DNA from: Psilocybe cubensis
Lineage: Eukaryota
Assembly: GCA_017499595.2 (NCBI GenBank)
Contig: CM039000.1
Location: 3,844,001-3,908,000, forward strand
Length of the DNA stretch: 64,000 bases
Direction: 5' to 3'
The notes under the pieces were generated by a model. That model had not been told where the DNA came from, made no database searches, and saw only the letters and a program-made list of their open reading frames with translations. The position numbers and the translations under genes are program-made. Below, piece by piece: positions 1-15,202 of the stretch. The stretch's first letter is position 1, and every line of letters begins with the position of its first letter.

Positions 1-146
1 AGAGTTTTATTTGGATGACAACTGTCGGTATCCACACGAGAGGTGTGAGGCCATACTTGGGAGACCAAACATATTTTGACTCACCATGCGGTCACATACT
101 CCATATGTTCGCTACAAAGGGGGTCTTCAACTAATCGATGTACCAT
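1..146 (-). CDS. Possible 5' part of a spliced minus-strand gene running off the left edge (unknown product)
   Basis: ATG at 146, GTGAGT donor at 84 and CAG acceptor at 22 (63-nt intron). The frame stays open to the window edge (MVHRLVEDPLCSEHMEYVTAC|CHPNKT...). No recognisable motif. Confidence 0.25.
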
Positions 147-322
147 CAACAGGTCGAACATGAGTCACCCATCGATTCTATAATCCCAACTTGGAACCGC
201 CTGCAAGATATGATATGGCTCAAACGCTGTGCTGTGTGGCCTTTAAAATCCGCCATGTATCCACCATTGTAGACCATATACTGAGCTTTCCCTCCTTCAT
301 TCATTCTGTATACATCTATATT

Positions 323-3046
323 ATGGACCTTCAGGTCGCTAGCGTCGATAGCCCTGATCCGGTCACGGCTTCTCATGATGACAAGGCCTCCTCAAACGGT
401 GACCAGTGTAGAGAAGCCGCTCAGAATAAACGCAATGCAGTTAAAGGAAACAAATACTTGCGTACTGAGAGCTCTGAGGATGCCTGCTACCTCAAACATC
501 TCGACCCAAACGTTCGATTTACAACATGGGGTATCTTCGTATTGATATACGAGGTTTCGTCGGGTTTACTTCCAACATCCTTCTCCGGCTATAAAGGACC
601 ATTCCGGTCGTATCTGCGCCTCATAGTTGACTTGTGGAGTTTGTGCAAGTGGCATTGCGTTAAATACTACGTGTCAAATATATGGTTGGCCATTGGACCC
701 TCTGTCTCTTTCTGTCTTGCGTCCTCGGTTCTGTTCAATGTGCGTTGCTGTATTCCTCGAGGCACTTTTCACGAATACCTTTCTCACATGATGGCCTTAG
801 ATCGAAAGGAATCTCCGGTTGAATGGTTTAGATGGATTGTTCAAGGACGGTTTCGTGGATTTCTTTCGTTATCAAATAATATGTTGGTTTTTGTGTGGGA
901 TGCTCACATTTTACGCCGAACGAAGCCTGTGAGTTCCAAATTACAGTATAACGCGCAGACCCTCGCTCATGCCTCGTAATCAGTGCTGAGACGAGAATCA
1001 TGATCGGATCTCACCTACGTGCGTATTTTCTGCCGAAGCTAGTTAAGGGTATGTTTTCTGTCAATAAAATGATCATCTCTGATTAGTAAATTTGCCTGTT
1101 CCTCAGCAAGCCTTGAGATCGACCGGAAACGCCTAACTGGTATGTTATCATCGTCACTAGTAATCCAATACACTCTCATGTCGTAGAACGAGATGGTCCT
1201 TTTCCATACCCTCATGATTTTCCGAACTATGTCCCGGGTTTAGAACCTTTCGAACAAGTACTTATCAGGATACGATGTATCGCTGCTGTTACCTTGCAAA
1301 TCCTTGCGATGGCTGTATTTATCCATAGCCTCGAAGAAACATCCGACAAGTTTGTAATGTCGTCCCTGGCTATATCATTTTTCATCGCGGCACTGCTTGC
1401 TCCTCAGAACGGCGCCGGTGGAAAGAATTTTGGTTTCGTGACCTGTAACAAAAACTTCAAGCGCATGCACGTCCTTTTTAGTATCGCTTTCGATTTCCAA
1501 TTTTGTCGAACACTTTCTAGGGATGGATTGACTGACTGGCTTGTAGACGGTGAGTGTAATTAATTGATGTATAATATTTATTCATTATTGACTGTCTTAA
1601 GAGTACAAACGATCCGCGTCGGCTCTTGGAATAGTCAAAGACATCATTGGCATCTTAACATGGGGGCCAGCTCCTCCATGGTACTGGGAGCTACCAGTGA
1701 CAATAATTACTAGATACCCCATGGTAAGTTATCGATGCCTACTGCATGAAATTACACGTTAACCAGAAACCTAGGAGCTTTCGGCCCTGATAGTTTTTTG
1801 GGCTCCATCAGTCTCAAAGGTGTCTATAATCGTCATATTCCAGTATGCAGTATCGACTTTGAGAGGGAACATCACTAGTTTGCAAGGGTCCGGACAACGA
1901 GGGTCAATCATGCTCAACATGATGGTCACAGTGCAGAGTCTATATCGCCTGCTCGATACCACTCCGGACAATGGTGGTTCAATTGATTATCTGATTGCCA
2001 CATCTGACAAAGGAGCGTCTATCGAATTACGGTGAGTAGGGCGAGAATGTGAGTAGACCTTCCCTAAATATGTACTTATTCTTCCATGTCAACCTAGAAA
2101 CGTGTCCTGCGCGTACTCACAAATGGGCCCACCTGCTATTGATGAAGTTAATTTGTCCATCAAGGCAGGTCAATTGATCGTTATAACCGGAATGAATGGA
2201 AGCGGAAAGTCTACGCTGGTTAATCTGATCTCTGGCCTTATTCGACCGACTTCTGGAGACGTCATCATCGATGGGCACGAAATTCAACGTTATAACAGGG
2301 GACAGCTGCGCAAAGCAATTACCATGGTTTCGCAAACCGAATATATCTATCACACCTCACTTCGCGAGAACCTGCTGTTGGGTACACCGGATGGCCCATC
2401 ACGCCTTGCCAACGACCATGAATTGGATGAGGCAGCCACTCTAGGTGGATGTTCAGATTTGATCAAAAAATACGGATACGATACTGTTTTCACACCATCT
2501 AACTTACCTAACACAAGTATTAGAGGATATCCTGAAAGGCCTGTTTTGGATGTCCTCAAGAAGATGGATTGTCAGCCCCAGCCGATTATGTTGTCTCCTG
2601 GAGAAAAGCAGCGCATCATTGCGTACGTTTTTCTATGCCGTTCTCACCAACCTTCTTTAACGGCTAATCTGATTCATGAACATCTAGATCTCGTGCATTC
2701 TTCAGACTGAAGCATGAAAATATTAAGCTTGTCATTTTAGACGAGATAGCCAACGCTTTAGATACGGCGGCCGAAGCAAAGGTCTTTGCAAACTTCCGCG
2801 ACATTGCCAAAGTCAACGGACAAACTATGGTTGTAGTTACACACCGATTAATGGGCATTGCAAAGCAAGCTGATTTGATTGTGTAAGTATTCTTTTCGTT
2901 TGAAAAAGTGAGTTATTGACAATTGTATCTGCGTCGTAACTAGATGTATGAGTAATGGGAAACTCGTTGAGAAAGGTACCCATCAAGAGCTTGTTGCCTC
3001 CGGGGGAGAGTATGCTTCGCTTTACAGTGCCCAAGCGCTCAATTGA
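323..3046 (+). CDS. ABC half-transporter-like protein (hydrophobic N-terminal region plus one C-terminal NBD), multi-exon
   Basis: Walker A GMNGSGKS, Q-loop MVSQ, signature LSPGEKQR, Walker B LVILDE, H-loop VTHRL and C-terminal EKGTHQEL. The exons I traced join in frame across GT-AG introns. TGA at 3044-3046. Confidence 0.85.
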
Positions 3047-3980
3047 AGAGTATACTAGTTAACAAGAAGCATCTCGTATTTCGATTACATAACGCTCAGT
3101 TTCCCACACGGTTTTCATTTTTGTTTAGTAGGCGTCCGATATTCTCTCACCGCTACTTGTAAAATAGTGAACTAGATATGTTCGTTCATTTCATTTCCCA
3201 GAGAACCTGTTTAAAAAATCTTGAAACTCTGTCCAATATGCTGCATGTTGAGGTTGTTTCGTTTACGTAAGGCCCTGTTCTCACGCCCACGGCGCGAGTC
3301 GATTTCCATATTTGGTGCTTTGTGACGACTTTTACCACTGGTTGAGCACGGTCACCTACATATCAGTCACATCGCTTAATATGTACATCTTCGCCATTTA
3401 TGGAAGTCGTGACTTGCTACCGAACAGGGCCCGTGTGAAGATGAGTCGAGAATGGATGCCGCTGGCTTGCTCGTCTACCTACTTGTGTTCCACTCCACTT
3501 TTGCTAACGCTCCCCAATTGTCTAATGGCCAACATCTTCCAGCATTATTGTAGGGTTTGTGCTTACATATACTGTATCTCCTTAGTCTTTTGCTGAAACG
3601 ACTACTTTATTTCAGCATGGAATGAATCCACTGGAACTACACGTCATATCGTATCTATAGATAACGAATATCAAGAAGAACTCCAACCACGGAGGTAATT
3701 AGGTATTTTTCTTTTCCTACCGCAGTCGCATGAGACTACCCTACATCATCTCAAATCCTTGAAAGGCTAACCTGATTGACAGTGACTTCATTGATTAGGG
3801 ATATCGGTATCTTTTATTCTCAGCGATAGTAATCGGCGTGTCCGGCAGTCTCATCGACCAACATGCGCATGTTAGGAATAGAATGGCAGCGCAGAAATAT
3901 GTCTTCTTATCCAATCCAACATATTAGAGAGGTGGAGCAATTTTGCCCATCTCTCCCGCCCATTCCTCACTCCGCAAGTA

Positions 3981-6558
3981 ATGCTTGACTCCCCTTCACA
4001 CTCTTCGTCGTCACGGCTCCTCGACGTCAACAAGGAAAGTCATATCACTAGGGAATCTCATCTTAAAGGAAACCACACGCTACATGATGGTTCTAAGTCG
4101 CAGACATCCCGTCACCACAGTCGTAGAAAAGTCATTATTGGCCTTGTTGCCGTTGCTGTGATTGCCATCTTTCTGGTAGTTTTTTTGCCTGTGTTTTTTA
4201 TTGTCATTCGGAAAAACGACTCGCGGAGAACAGGAGGCAGCGGAGTTCCCAATCCAAACTCACCTAGTGGAGCTATAGTGAGTTTCAAAGACGATTCGTC
4301 TAATCGTCTTCTTATTCAACTTTCTTCCAGACAGGGGGCGATGGTTCCATTATCAAACTTGACAATGGAACGACATTCACATACAGGAACCCATTCGGAG
4401 GATTTTGTAAATACTAGTTTTTCTCAATTTGTGCGTATTGATAGTTATGATACTTTTAGGGGTCCAGGATCCTGGAGACCCATTCAACAACAATGCTCGG
4501 CCAAATTCATGGACACCGCCTCTCAATTCCCGTTGGCAATGGGGCAAAGACCGAGTCTACGGGGTCAACCTTGGTGGCCTTTTCGTTCTGGAACCATTCA
4601 TTACTCCATCGTTATTTCAACAATATCCGGACGCCAAAGACGAATACACCCTGAGTCAGGCCATGGCGGCGGATCAGACAAACGGTGGACTAAATCAACT
4701 CGAGAATCATTACAACACGTTTATTGTAAGCCTTGACGTCTGATTGATTTTGTTTAGTGAGATCCTGAGAGTAGATGTTGCAGACGGAACAGGATATTGC
4801 GGAAATAGCAGGTCTGTCATTTTTCCAAAACCAATTTTTGGTGATGCTGATGGGCAGATAATATCTATAGGTGCTGGGTTAAATTTTCTCCGCATACCAC
4901 TTGCATTCTGGGCGATTGAAACATGGGAGGACGAACCATATCTAGCCAAGACTTCCTGGAAGTGAGTGAAAACATTCTTACTTTCGGACGACGAGTCCAA
5001 CTTCCATGGTTTTAGGTATTTCCTTCGTGTATTGGGTTGGGCAAGGAAGTATGGTTTACGCGTATGTTTGGACCTGCATGCTGTACCTGGCTCGCAAAAT
5101 GGTGCGTCATTGACATAATTATAGACCTCAGAGGATCTACATACAACTTTGCTTCCGCAGGCTTCAATCATTCTGGCAAGTGGGTAATGCGCCACTAAAG
5201 AAATACTTTTTGTTGAGTGTCAATTACATGTAAGGTTGTCACCCGTTAATTTCTTGGCGGGAAATATGGGGCTGGCAAACGCCCAAAGGACGTTGTATTA
5301 CCTTCGGGTTATCACGGAGTTCATATCCCAACCAGAGTATCAGGAGCTCATCCCTATCTTTGGTATCGTAAATGAGGCGTTGGTGGGCACCATTGGCGTT
5401 GATTCCATCACGAGTTTCTATCTCGAAGCACACAACTTGATCAGGAATATCACTGGATCGGGGGAAGGTAACGGACCAGTGAGTTCATTAGTTAGTTCGC
5501 GTGATTTTATATAACATCGTGCTGCAGTACATTGCAATTCATGATGGATTCCAGCCCCAGACCATGTGGTACAACTTTTTGCAAGGTTCTGATCGTATCA
5601 TACTGGACCAACATCCATATTTCTCATTCGGTGGACCCCAAACTGCGCCAATAGGAGTAGTGGGCGATCAAGGGATTCCAGGAGGCCAGTGGCCATTGAC
5701 GGCTTGCAATGTCTGGGGCCCGACCACGAACACGACGTGAGAAAGCCACTGATATTTGCCCGTCTTTTGTGTTGACTCATTTCTGTTTTTCCAGGCGAGC
5801 CAACTTTGGAGTGATGATAGCGGGAGAATTTTCGGCCAGCCCAAATGACTGTGGCTTTTGGCTGCTTGGAGTCGGAAGCCAATCGTCCAATCCCGTTTGC
5901 CCCGAATTTGATGCCTGGGAAACATACAACGACACTATGAAGCAAGGTATCCAGAATTTTGTTTCCGCGAGCATGGATGCCTTTGGAGATTGGTTCTTTT
6001 GGACTTGGAAGGTTCGGGTCACTCATATATATATATATCCCTCTACTTCTTTTTGACCTCCTCTTACAGATTGGCCCCACTGAAGCTGGGCGAATTGAAA
6101 CCCCTCTATGGTCATACCAACTGGGCCTGAAAAATGGCTGGATCTCGAAAGATCCTCGCTCCGCATCCGGATTATGTGCGTCGATAGGCTCCCAGACCGA
6201 AAATTTCAACAATTCTTATCAGCCATGGCAAACGGGTACGCCATCTTCCATACCCGCTTCTTCCACCTCTTCGTTCCCTTGGCCTCCGACCACGATCAGC
6301 GGAGCCGGCGTCTCTATCAACCTTTTGCCCACATACACTGATACTGCACCTATCATCACTTTGCCACCTGCCACGTTCACGGCGGCCCCTAGCTCTATAA
6401 CTGCACCGGCAAATGGGTGGTTTAACATGCAGGATACAGAGGGAGGTATAACCACTGTCGATGGTTGTCCTTACCCCAGTGAATATGACGGTATCTTCTC
6501 AGTTGTGCCGACGGCTCCATGCACTGGCCCTGTATCAGCTCCTAGTTCTGTTATATGA
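3981..6558 (+). CDS. Glycoside hydrolase family 5 exo-beta-1,3-glucanase-like protein, type II membrane anchored, multi-exon
   Basis: N-terminal TM helix (VIIGLVAVAVIAIFLVVFLPVFFIVI), GVNLGGLFVLEPFITPS, LDLHAVPGSQNG, acid/base motif IVNEAL, nucleophile region AGEFS, WFFWTWK and an S/T/P-rich tail. Confidence 0.92.
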
Positions 6559-6957
6559 CAATTTTACATATGTATTTTCTATCTAATACTTTATCTAATA
6601 CTTCTGTGCCGACTTCTTGGTACCCTTTGAACATACTAGTAGCACCGCTGGTATCCCTTTTACGATGTCATGTAGTTTATCTTTCGAACATTTTTACCAC
6701 TTTTCTTAATTACGATACAGATGTTGAAAGACTTGTAGCCCTTACCCAATAAGTTAATACAAGGTCCGCCATATCCGTCATCAATATCTAATGTCGTGAC
6801 CGTGATCATGCTGCTTCCATCGTCGACGTTCCACTCACCTCTTGCTAGGTGCTTTCGGCCAACCCAAAACGACCCTTCGGTCAATACACTGCCATTACAC
6901 GTCAAATTGTGGCTAGCTACTCCCGAACGTGCCCCGCAATTGATTCTCCAGAATTAA

Positions 6958-9852
6958 ATGGCGAGCAGCTCATTCCCTCCTAAAATTGGGACCCCGTCCA
7001 GTTCAACACAGAGCCAAGTAGACCGGAAAGCCTCATGGACCCCTCAGACGCGAAACCCTGTCTCAGCTAGGCTTTACAAGGTCTTGAGCACTAATTTTGA
7101 TGATGAGGATACCCGACAAGCCCTTCGCACTTTGTCAGACCTCTACGCGACTCCAAAAGGCAAAGAAATTCAACCTTCCATTGAAGAGGCAGACGATGAA
7201 CTCCTTCAAGATACATCTGGCACTTCTGTCTCCAATGATTCAGCTTTGATCGAGCTGGTCCCTGGCGAGTTGGCGGCTCGAGCGCGTAGGAATCTGCGGC
7301 GAGATATGGAGAATCAGTTGGCGGAAGGAAGCAAAAAGTTCCTTGAGGCTCTAGGAGAAGTAGATGCAGTGAGTGCATTGGATGATCATCGACGTCCTCA
7401 TCACTTATTATGTTAACAGAAACTTCAAGAATTACAGAAACATGTTGCAGCGATGAGGGCTAGTTGTGATGAGGCAGAGACACAATTGGCACTTACCAAC
7501 GAATCCAGCAAGACATTGCTTGAGAGGGCAGGAAACCTACGTGACGAACGGTGTGTAGTTTACTTTATCCTATTCCATGTGCTCATTTTATGTTAGGCAG
7601 GAGGTCGAGGAAAAAAAGACAATCATAACGCTCTTCCTGGGACGCTTCACCCTCAACGAGAGCGAGGTAGAAGCCATCTCTTCGAGGGACGTTCCGATAG
7701 GCCAGCGATTCTTCGATGCCATGGATAAGACCGAAAGGATCAGAGAAGATTGTAGGGTCTTAATGTCTGGAGAGGATGGTTCCACCAAGGCAGGGTATGC
7801 TTGTTTTGCTCATTAAAAAATTTCTCGCCATATCGTCTGTTTTCTTCAGGCTGGAAATAATGGCTTCAACATCCTCTAACCTGGAACAGGGATACGAAAA
7901 GATTCTCCGTTACTGCTCTAATGAATTCCGACAGGTCGGACGTGACTCTCAACTAGAAGTCAATTCAGAAATGCGGGAGGCAGTCAATAGATTAAGAAAG
8001 CGACCTGAACTGTTAACGTGCGTGGTCTTTGTGTGCGACTTTTGACAACTTACTGACCAATGTTGCAGTGAAGCATTGTCATTTCTGTCGGAAACACGTC
8101 AAACAACACTCCTTTCTTCCTTCATCGCTGCGCTAACGCGAGGTGGGCCATCTGGCTACCCTCGCCCAATCGAACTTCATGCCCATGATCCATTGCGATA
8201 TCTTGGCGATATGCTCGCATGGGTCCATCAGGCTATTGCCGCAGAGCGCGAATTTTTGGAAAGTCTTTTTGGGTTGAAACAAGATGGGCGAATGGTGGGC
8301 AGTGTCAGAAAGTTTGATACTAAAGACGAGGAGGAAGAGTGGATACGAGAACTGATGGACCTGGCGGTTGCAAAGCTTTGCGTTCCATTAAAAGTCAGTC
8401 CCGTTGAACATTTCGCCTTATAAGCTCCTATATTGACTATAGGGCTAGGTACGCGTACAACAAACCATTCGCTCTCAGGAAAGCAGTATAGTGTCGTACA
8501 AAATTGCTAACCTTCTTCAATTTTATTTGATGACCATGAGACGCACGATCGGAGAGCAGGCTCTGCTTTCCACTACTCTCAAAGAGTTTGTCGTTTCCTT
8601 CTCTATAACATCAAATAACTTGACCCAAACAATTTGCATTCAGGATTACTGATACATCATACAAAGTGTTCTATGATTCTATCGAAAACCATAGCCGGAC
8701 CATCTCTCGTGTTCGACTGGTAAGCAATATCTTACTCTCTGACCAGACTACCTTTTGTCTTACTCCAATCCAGGATCACGACGACCCTTCTCTTGCCCCA
8801 CCAATCGTTGTGCTCGACCATACCCAGGTCCTTCGAGAAGTCATGACAGTGTACCAATCCTCACTTCTCGGAGACGAGGACGAAGACGAAATTAACTCCG
8901 GATTCAACCAGGTCCTAGACATCATGGTTGATCCAATTATCGGAATGTGTCTTACAAGTGGCGAGGAAAAGAAGAACGCTAGGCCACGGTGGGATGAGGC
9001 AGTCTTCGTGCTTAACTGCTTATGCTATCTCCAGGTTCTTCTTTCTTTTCTTTTATCGAAAATGGACAGCTGACAACCTTGTCATAGAGTGTTCTCAGTG
9101 CATTTGAATTTACGGTTAAGAAACAGGCCGACATCCAGGCTATCATTGACGAAAGAATAGCCCTATTGACCGCGGAGCACGTACGCCTGCCAGCTGTCAT
9201 GCGGGGAAGTTTAGTGGCTCATCTATATGTCTACAGAGTACCAATGTGCTCAGCGACGCAGGGCTGCTACAGGTAGCAGAGGCGTGTCGCAACCATAAGT
9301 CAAATGTAAGTTGTCTCCTTCTGAGCTGCCGTCCAGTCAACGAATGCTATACTGATTGTTGTCGAGCAGGAGCCACTGTCTCGGATGCCGGCAACTCAGC
9401 CTTCGGATCTACAGCAAGCGCTACACCACTTTTCTTTATGGCTTTCCGGGCCAGAGGTGGTGCAATCACCGCGCTTGGCACAATTAACCGTACAGCGGAT
9501 GCACACAAAGATCCACCAAGATGCCTTGGCGAGGCTGGCAAAAACATATAAAATGATATGTGAGGAGATCAAGAAGCCGGAAAACAGATACGAAGCTGCA
9601 TCGACCTTGCTCGGAAGAGAACGTCCTTTTGGCCAGGTTCACCTTCTGTGGCAAGTCTTTGGGCTTGAGGAGGAAGATTATGAAGACAAGGAAAATGAAA
9701 GTGATGAAGCTGATTCGGATGAAAGCGATGAGCAAGGCGAGAGCACGGACTCTGGTGACATTGCCAAAGCAAGCAAGCCAGATAAAGATCAAGAAGTAAC
9801 TGATGAAGAAGAGTCAGATGATGAATCGGAATGTGAGCAATTCGATTCATAG
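6958..9852 (+). CDS. COG6: Conserved oligomeric Golgi complex subunit 6, multi-exon, with acidic C-terminal tail
   Basis: Hallmark RPIELHAHDPLRYLGDMLAWVHQAIAAEREFLESLF and N-terminal ARARRNLRRDME. Pieces are joined by GT-AG introns. Confidence 0.9.
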
Positions 9853-12084
9853 ATTAATACTAGTCATGGACCCTGACATGACCTTTGTTTCACAGCCGAA
9901 AGTAGTGATAAGTAACTTTTTTCAAGAAGCTGTCATAATCGATCTCCCTGCTATGATGTGACCCTCAATCATTTGGGCGGTCTAACAGTCAAAGCTACTT
10001 ATGTTTTTGCAAGAACATGAAGAACATTAAATTATACATTGCCTTTTGCATCAAGATGGCTCCCACCACCCCGTTTAGACAGGGTCCTCAGGAGGTGTTT
10101 CATGACATAGGCAACCATCCCTCAACGCATTTCATTGGAGGAATGGGCGAGTGGATGACCTCTTTGAAAGATTCATGATTGGTTTCCTCGCGGTGGCTAC
10201 TTTTAATAGGCATCCATGGAATTCTAGTCGGTGCGAGACGCCAAATATGACCCGATTCTCATCCATCCATGCGGACATGACACAGTTCCAGTTTGTAACC
10301 TTGCTTCCAGGCGCATTCCGCTAGCGGCAGCGCGTATATCTAGACCTTCTGTCTGATTTAACCGACACAATCGGAAGTCAAGACGTGGGTCAATTTCTAG
10401 GACGGACTTCAGAGATATGTGTGCCATTTAGGACTGCTGTTTCAAACTTACTGCAGGCTAGGCGTTTCGAATGGAGAAGTGTGGACATATATTTTCTATA
10501 TGCCTCAAGTATTTAACACTAATCAGACGCTTAGTCGTATACAATGTCGACTACTCTTGTACTCTAGCTCTCCGGCCGTCATGTACCACCTAGCGCCTTC
10601 AAGCTTAAAGCTTTGAATCTTGCTAATGAACCTTCGGATATTTGCACTGCTTCGATGATGTACTATGACAGTGAAAACTCTCCCAAGGTCTAAGGATTCT
10701 TTGGCTTCGTTTTACTCCTGGAGGTATAATTGTTCATTGGCCTTCTCAGCACAAAATCAGAAATGCTTCGTGTTAAGATGCAATCCCGGATCCCCGTAAA
10801 CGAAGTAGGACCTTCCAATCTCTTCAGCGATTGCGTCTTGAAACAGAAATAAGATGATCCTCTGGTTTAGAACCCAACTAGAAACCCCCTCAGACTTGGT
10901 ACCTTTTCTCATGTTTTTTTGTCTGGAATGTTTATATCATGTGTAGGGAGCGAAATTGAGTGATGGTGGAGATGGAAATGGACGTTATTTCCCCGACCAT
11001 GAAAACTGTAACCATACATACCATCTTCACTGCAGTTCGCAGGTTATTTGAAAAATAAAGAACTTCTTGAAGAAAACTCCTCCAATAACATTGACGGATC
11101 CTTATCCTATGCCATAAATTTGGTTTCTACATCCGCAAAGGGCGACGTAGTCAAATATCATCCACGCATGGAGATCGGCTGCTCGTTAGCAAGAAAACTC
11201 TTGATTGGTTTCACTCGAAATAAAGAGGTTTTGACACGACCTGTTCAGTTGGAACTGCGGCGGCCTTTGCATGGGTATATGTCCAAGCCATTATACTTCT
11301 TCGATAACAAGTTGATATCCGCCTTTCCAGTTGCTTCGGTCTACGATCAATAATTACAATTCATTCAGTTACAGGGCGCAGGCATGAACGTTGAGGTAAC
11401 ACCTCACTAGCATTGTTCACAACAATTGTTTGTCTCTTCCTGTCCATCATCACGATTTTCATTCTGTCAAGCACGATCAGAGACATGTAGCGAGGCAAAG
11501 CTAGGTCAATTTTAGAAGGTTATCTGGGGTTCTTGTTACTCACATCAGCCTGAATTATGACACAATTTCCCGAAATTCCTGTAGATCAAAAAGAATACAA
11601 ATGTCGAGCGAAGTGATCAGTCTCCATGGTGCATACATCCGATAGTCATCCCAAAAAGAATGAAGTTGGAGAAGGAAGAGTAAAGGAGATCGGAAAGTAA
11701 AGGAAGAATTAAGTATTACAAGGATTACAGGTACACTATTCATCATCGAAGGAGCAAATCAAGAAAAGTATTTAATTCATGGAAGGTCGTTAAATCCCGG
11801 AGAACCAGTTATTGGTAAAAGATAGTACAATTCGTTCTTGGATTTGAGTTATTTGAATGACTCGCAGGATCGTGAAAATAGAACCAGAAAATTCCGAATG
11901 AGAATATACGTGAGTGTGCGAGTGGGGTGCCATATCGTTTAGCATGGATGCAAGGTGGTAGAATTCGATCATGATGCATGGGAATGAATGGTTGATAGAT
12001 AGTTGTCGAGGCTGTGTCCTGCCTGAGAGGCTTCCAATACAATGATTAGATAAATGTTGTAGGAGCTTTCAGATCGTGCAAAGT

Positions 12085-13284
<1,200 letters not shown>

Positions 13285-13631
13285 CTCGACGAAATAAGAC
13301 TCGGACTAGATAGTTAGCGAGTACAAAGTGGTTCAACGATAGCTTCGAGATTCCGGAGTTGGGGTTCGTTTATGGATTTCTCGTGTCGATATAGCTTTAC
13401 AAGTATGGTGAGAGCGAGGAAACGTTATAACGAAAAGCGGCAGTGGCGGTTCAGAAACAAGGAATGTGTAGGAGGAGCATTTGGTCATTGTGCCGCACTG
13501 TTGTTAGGGGATGTTACGTCAGCAATAATATGGTCACATGCTGTTACGGACCATTCCGGAAGTGTTGAGCTCGCTGTCACCATTGTTCACGACTCTCCTT
13601 CAAAACAAATTTCACCTCAAATTCGACCAAA

Positions 13632-13936
13632 ATGACGGCTTGGAGGTCTTTGTTCACGTACGTTGTCGTTGTATAACCGTTGTGTCTCATTTTTCTGACA
13701 TTACTGAACTGTTAGTTACAACAAGTATGCCCAAATCACTGCTCGGGCTCTCCGCTCGTCGTTGAAGGAGGAGGAGCGTGTCATCGCAGAGAAGCGTGGA
13801 ATCACGAATACAAGGTTCCAAAAATGGGAGAACGGTGTTGGTGGTCAACAGGTGCGTTTATGGAATTACAACTTTTTGGCCTTTGCAATAACACGAAATG
13901 CAGGTTGTCCTCAATGAGGTTGCTGAGAAGAAATAG
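13632..13936 (+). CDS. ATP15: Mitochondrial F1 ATP synthase epsilon subunit (3 exons: 13632-13657, 13716-13851, 13904-13936)
   Basis: Spliced product MTAWRSLFTYNKYAQITARALRSSLKEEERVIAEKRGITNTRFQKWENGVGGQQVVLNEVAEKK* matches the epsilon pattern (AWR...Y..Y....ARA.RSSLK...KWENG). Introns are canonical (GTACGT..TAG and GTGCGT..CAG). Confidence 0.9.
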
Positions 13937-15202
13937 ACATAGACCATACCTTCCCTGGAACACTATCGAGCTCTTCAAATTCATTAATCGTTGACAAAAA
14001 AGCAAATACACCCAGGCTAGACCCTATGTTCCAATGTAAAATTCATAATCATCTTCCTGAGTGCGGGTGACACAATCTCGAGACTCGGTGTGGGCGGTTA
14101 ACCATCTACCTCGTTGCCCTCTGGTATCCGACTTCACCTTGGTCACGGCCTATATTTATGCACCCGCTCAGATCATTGGTCTCTCTAAGGCGTGTTTTAT
14201 TGTGCGCTCGTCAATGATGAAATCTTGCTTTGGCCTGGAAGTCTATATGATCACTGTTTGGAATTCTTGGGCTCATTCGACGACAAATGTTTTGACGCAC
14301 TTTCTAGTACTTGATTCGACTTGTCCCAGATTCTGGTTGTTCCAAATTTCCACCGAAACGGAGGGCTTTCGAAAACTCAACTTGTTTCAAAGACTGGTTG
14401 TACTCCTGCTCGCCCGGGAAACTACCGTGCCATGATGAAGTAGATCACGAAAAGGCGAGGTCTGTAATAGTGATCGCTAAGGCTCAAACCGGTTGTACGA
14501 TAGGGTGGATGTCGGAACTTTATGTTCATCTTCGGACCAACAGGACGCGCGCTGCGTTCTTGGTTGATAAAGAATACTCACAAAACGGCTTTACCTTCTG
14601 ATAGATTGTCCGTGCTGCTCGGCCGGGCGAAGTTCTTTGATCCTACAACCTAGTATTGCATTCAACATTCTGAAAGGTAATATTCAGTATTGTCAACGAC
14701 CTGCCTGGAGCTGTCAACTCCCGTGGTCATATCTTGTCCACTTTATCAATATATGCATCCCTCACGATGATGATCAGATATTCAGCAAAATTGCCTTCTA
14801 TTTCCGTCATCCAAACAATCGTTACACTTGTTGTTTGCATAGGTGAGCACCAATATCAAATGCCGTAGCCGTAAAATTATAAACTAGCAAAAATCTCAAC
14901 TTAACCCTTTCTTGCTGACGGAATAAGATAGGTATGTCATTTGCCAGCGATCAACTCAAAATTTGCGCATCTATAACGCTGATCGACCAGCTATTCCTTG
15001 AAGCATGGCCAAGACGAAGTCCGGTGCGTACTTGTGGTTGGCATACGAGTCAAACGGAATCCCGCTACCCGATTGTAGCCACTCGCTCTTTTCCAAGGTG
15101 ATCCGGACGAATCGTTCCAACAAGCGCGATTGAAATACTCATAGCCTAAACCTCGCCACGGCGGTACGTAGCGTTCAGGATTTCCCGAACTACCCGAACT
15201 CA

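Noticed and set aside
14432-14601. ATGATGA ... CTGA as a possible C/D box snoRNA
   Set aside because: Boxes are about 170 nt apart with no terminal stem and no recognisable rRNA-complementary guide.
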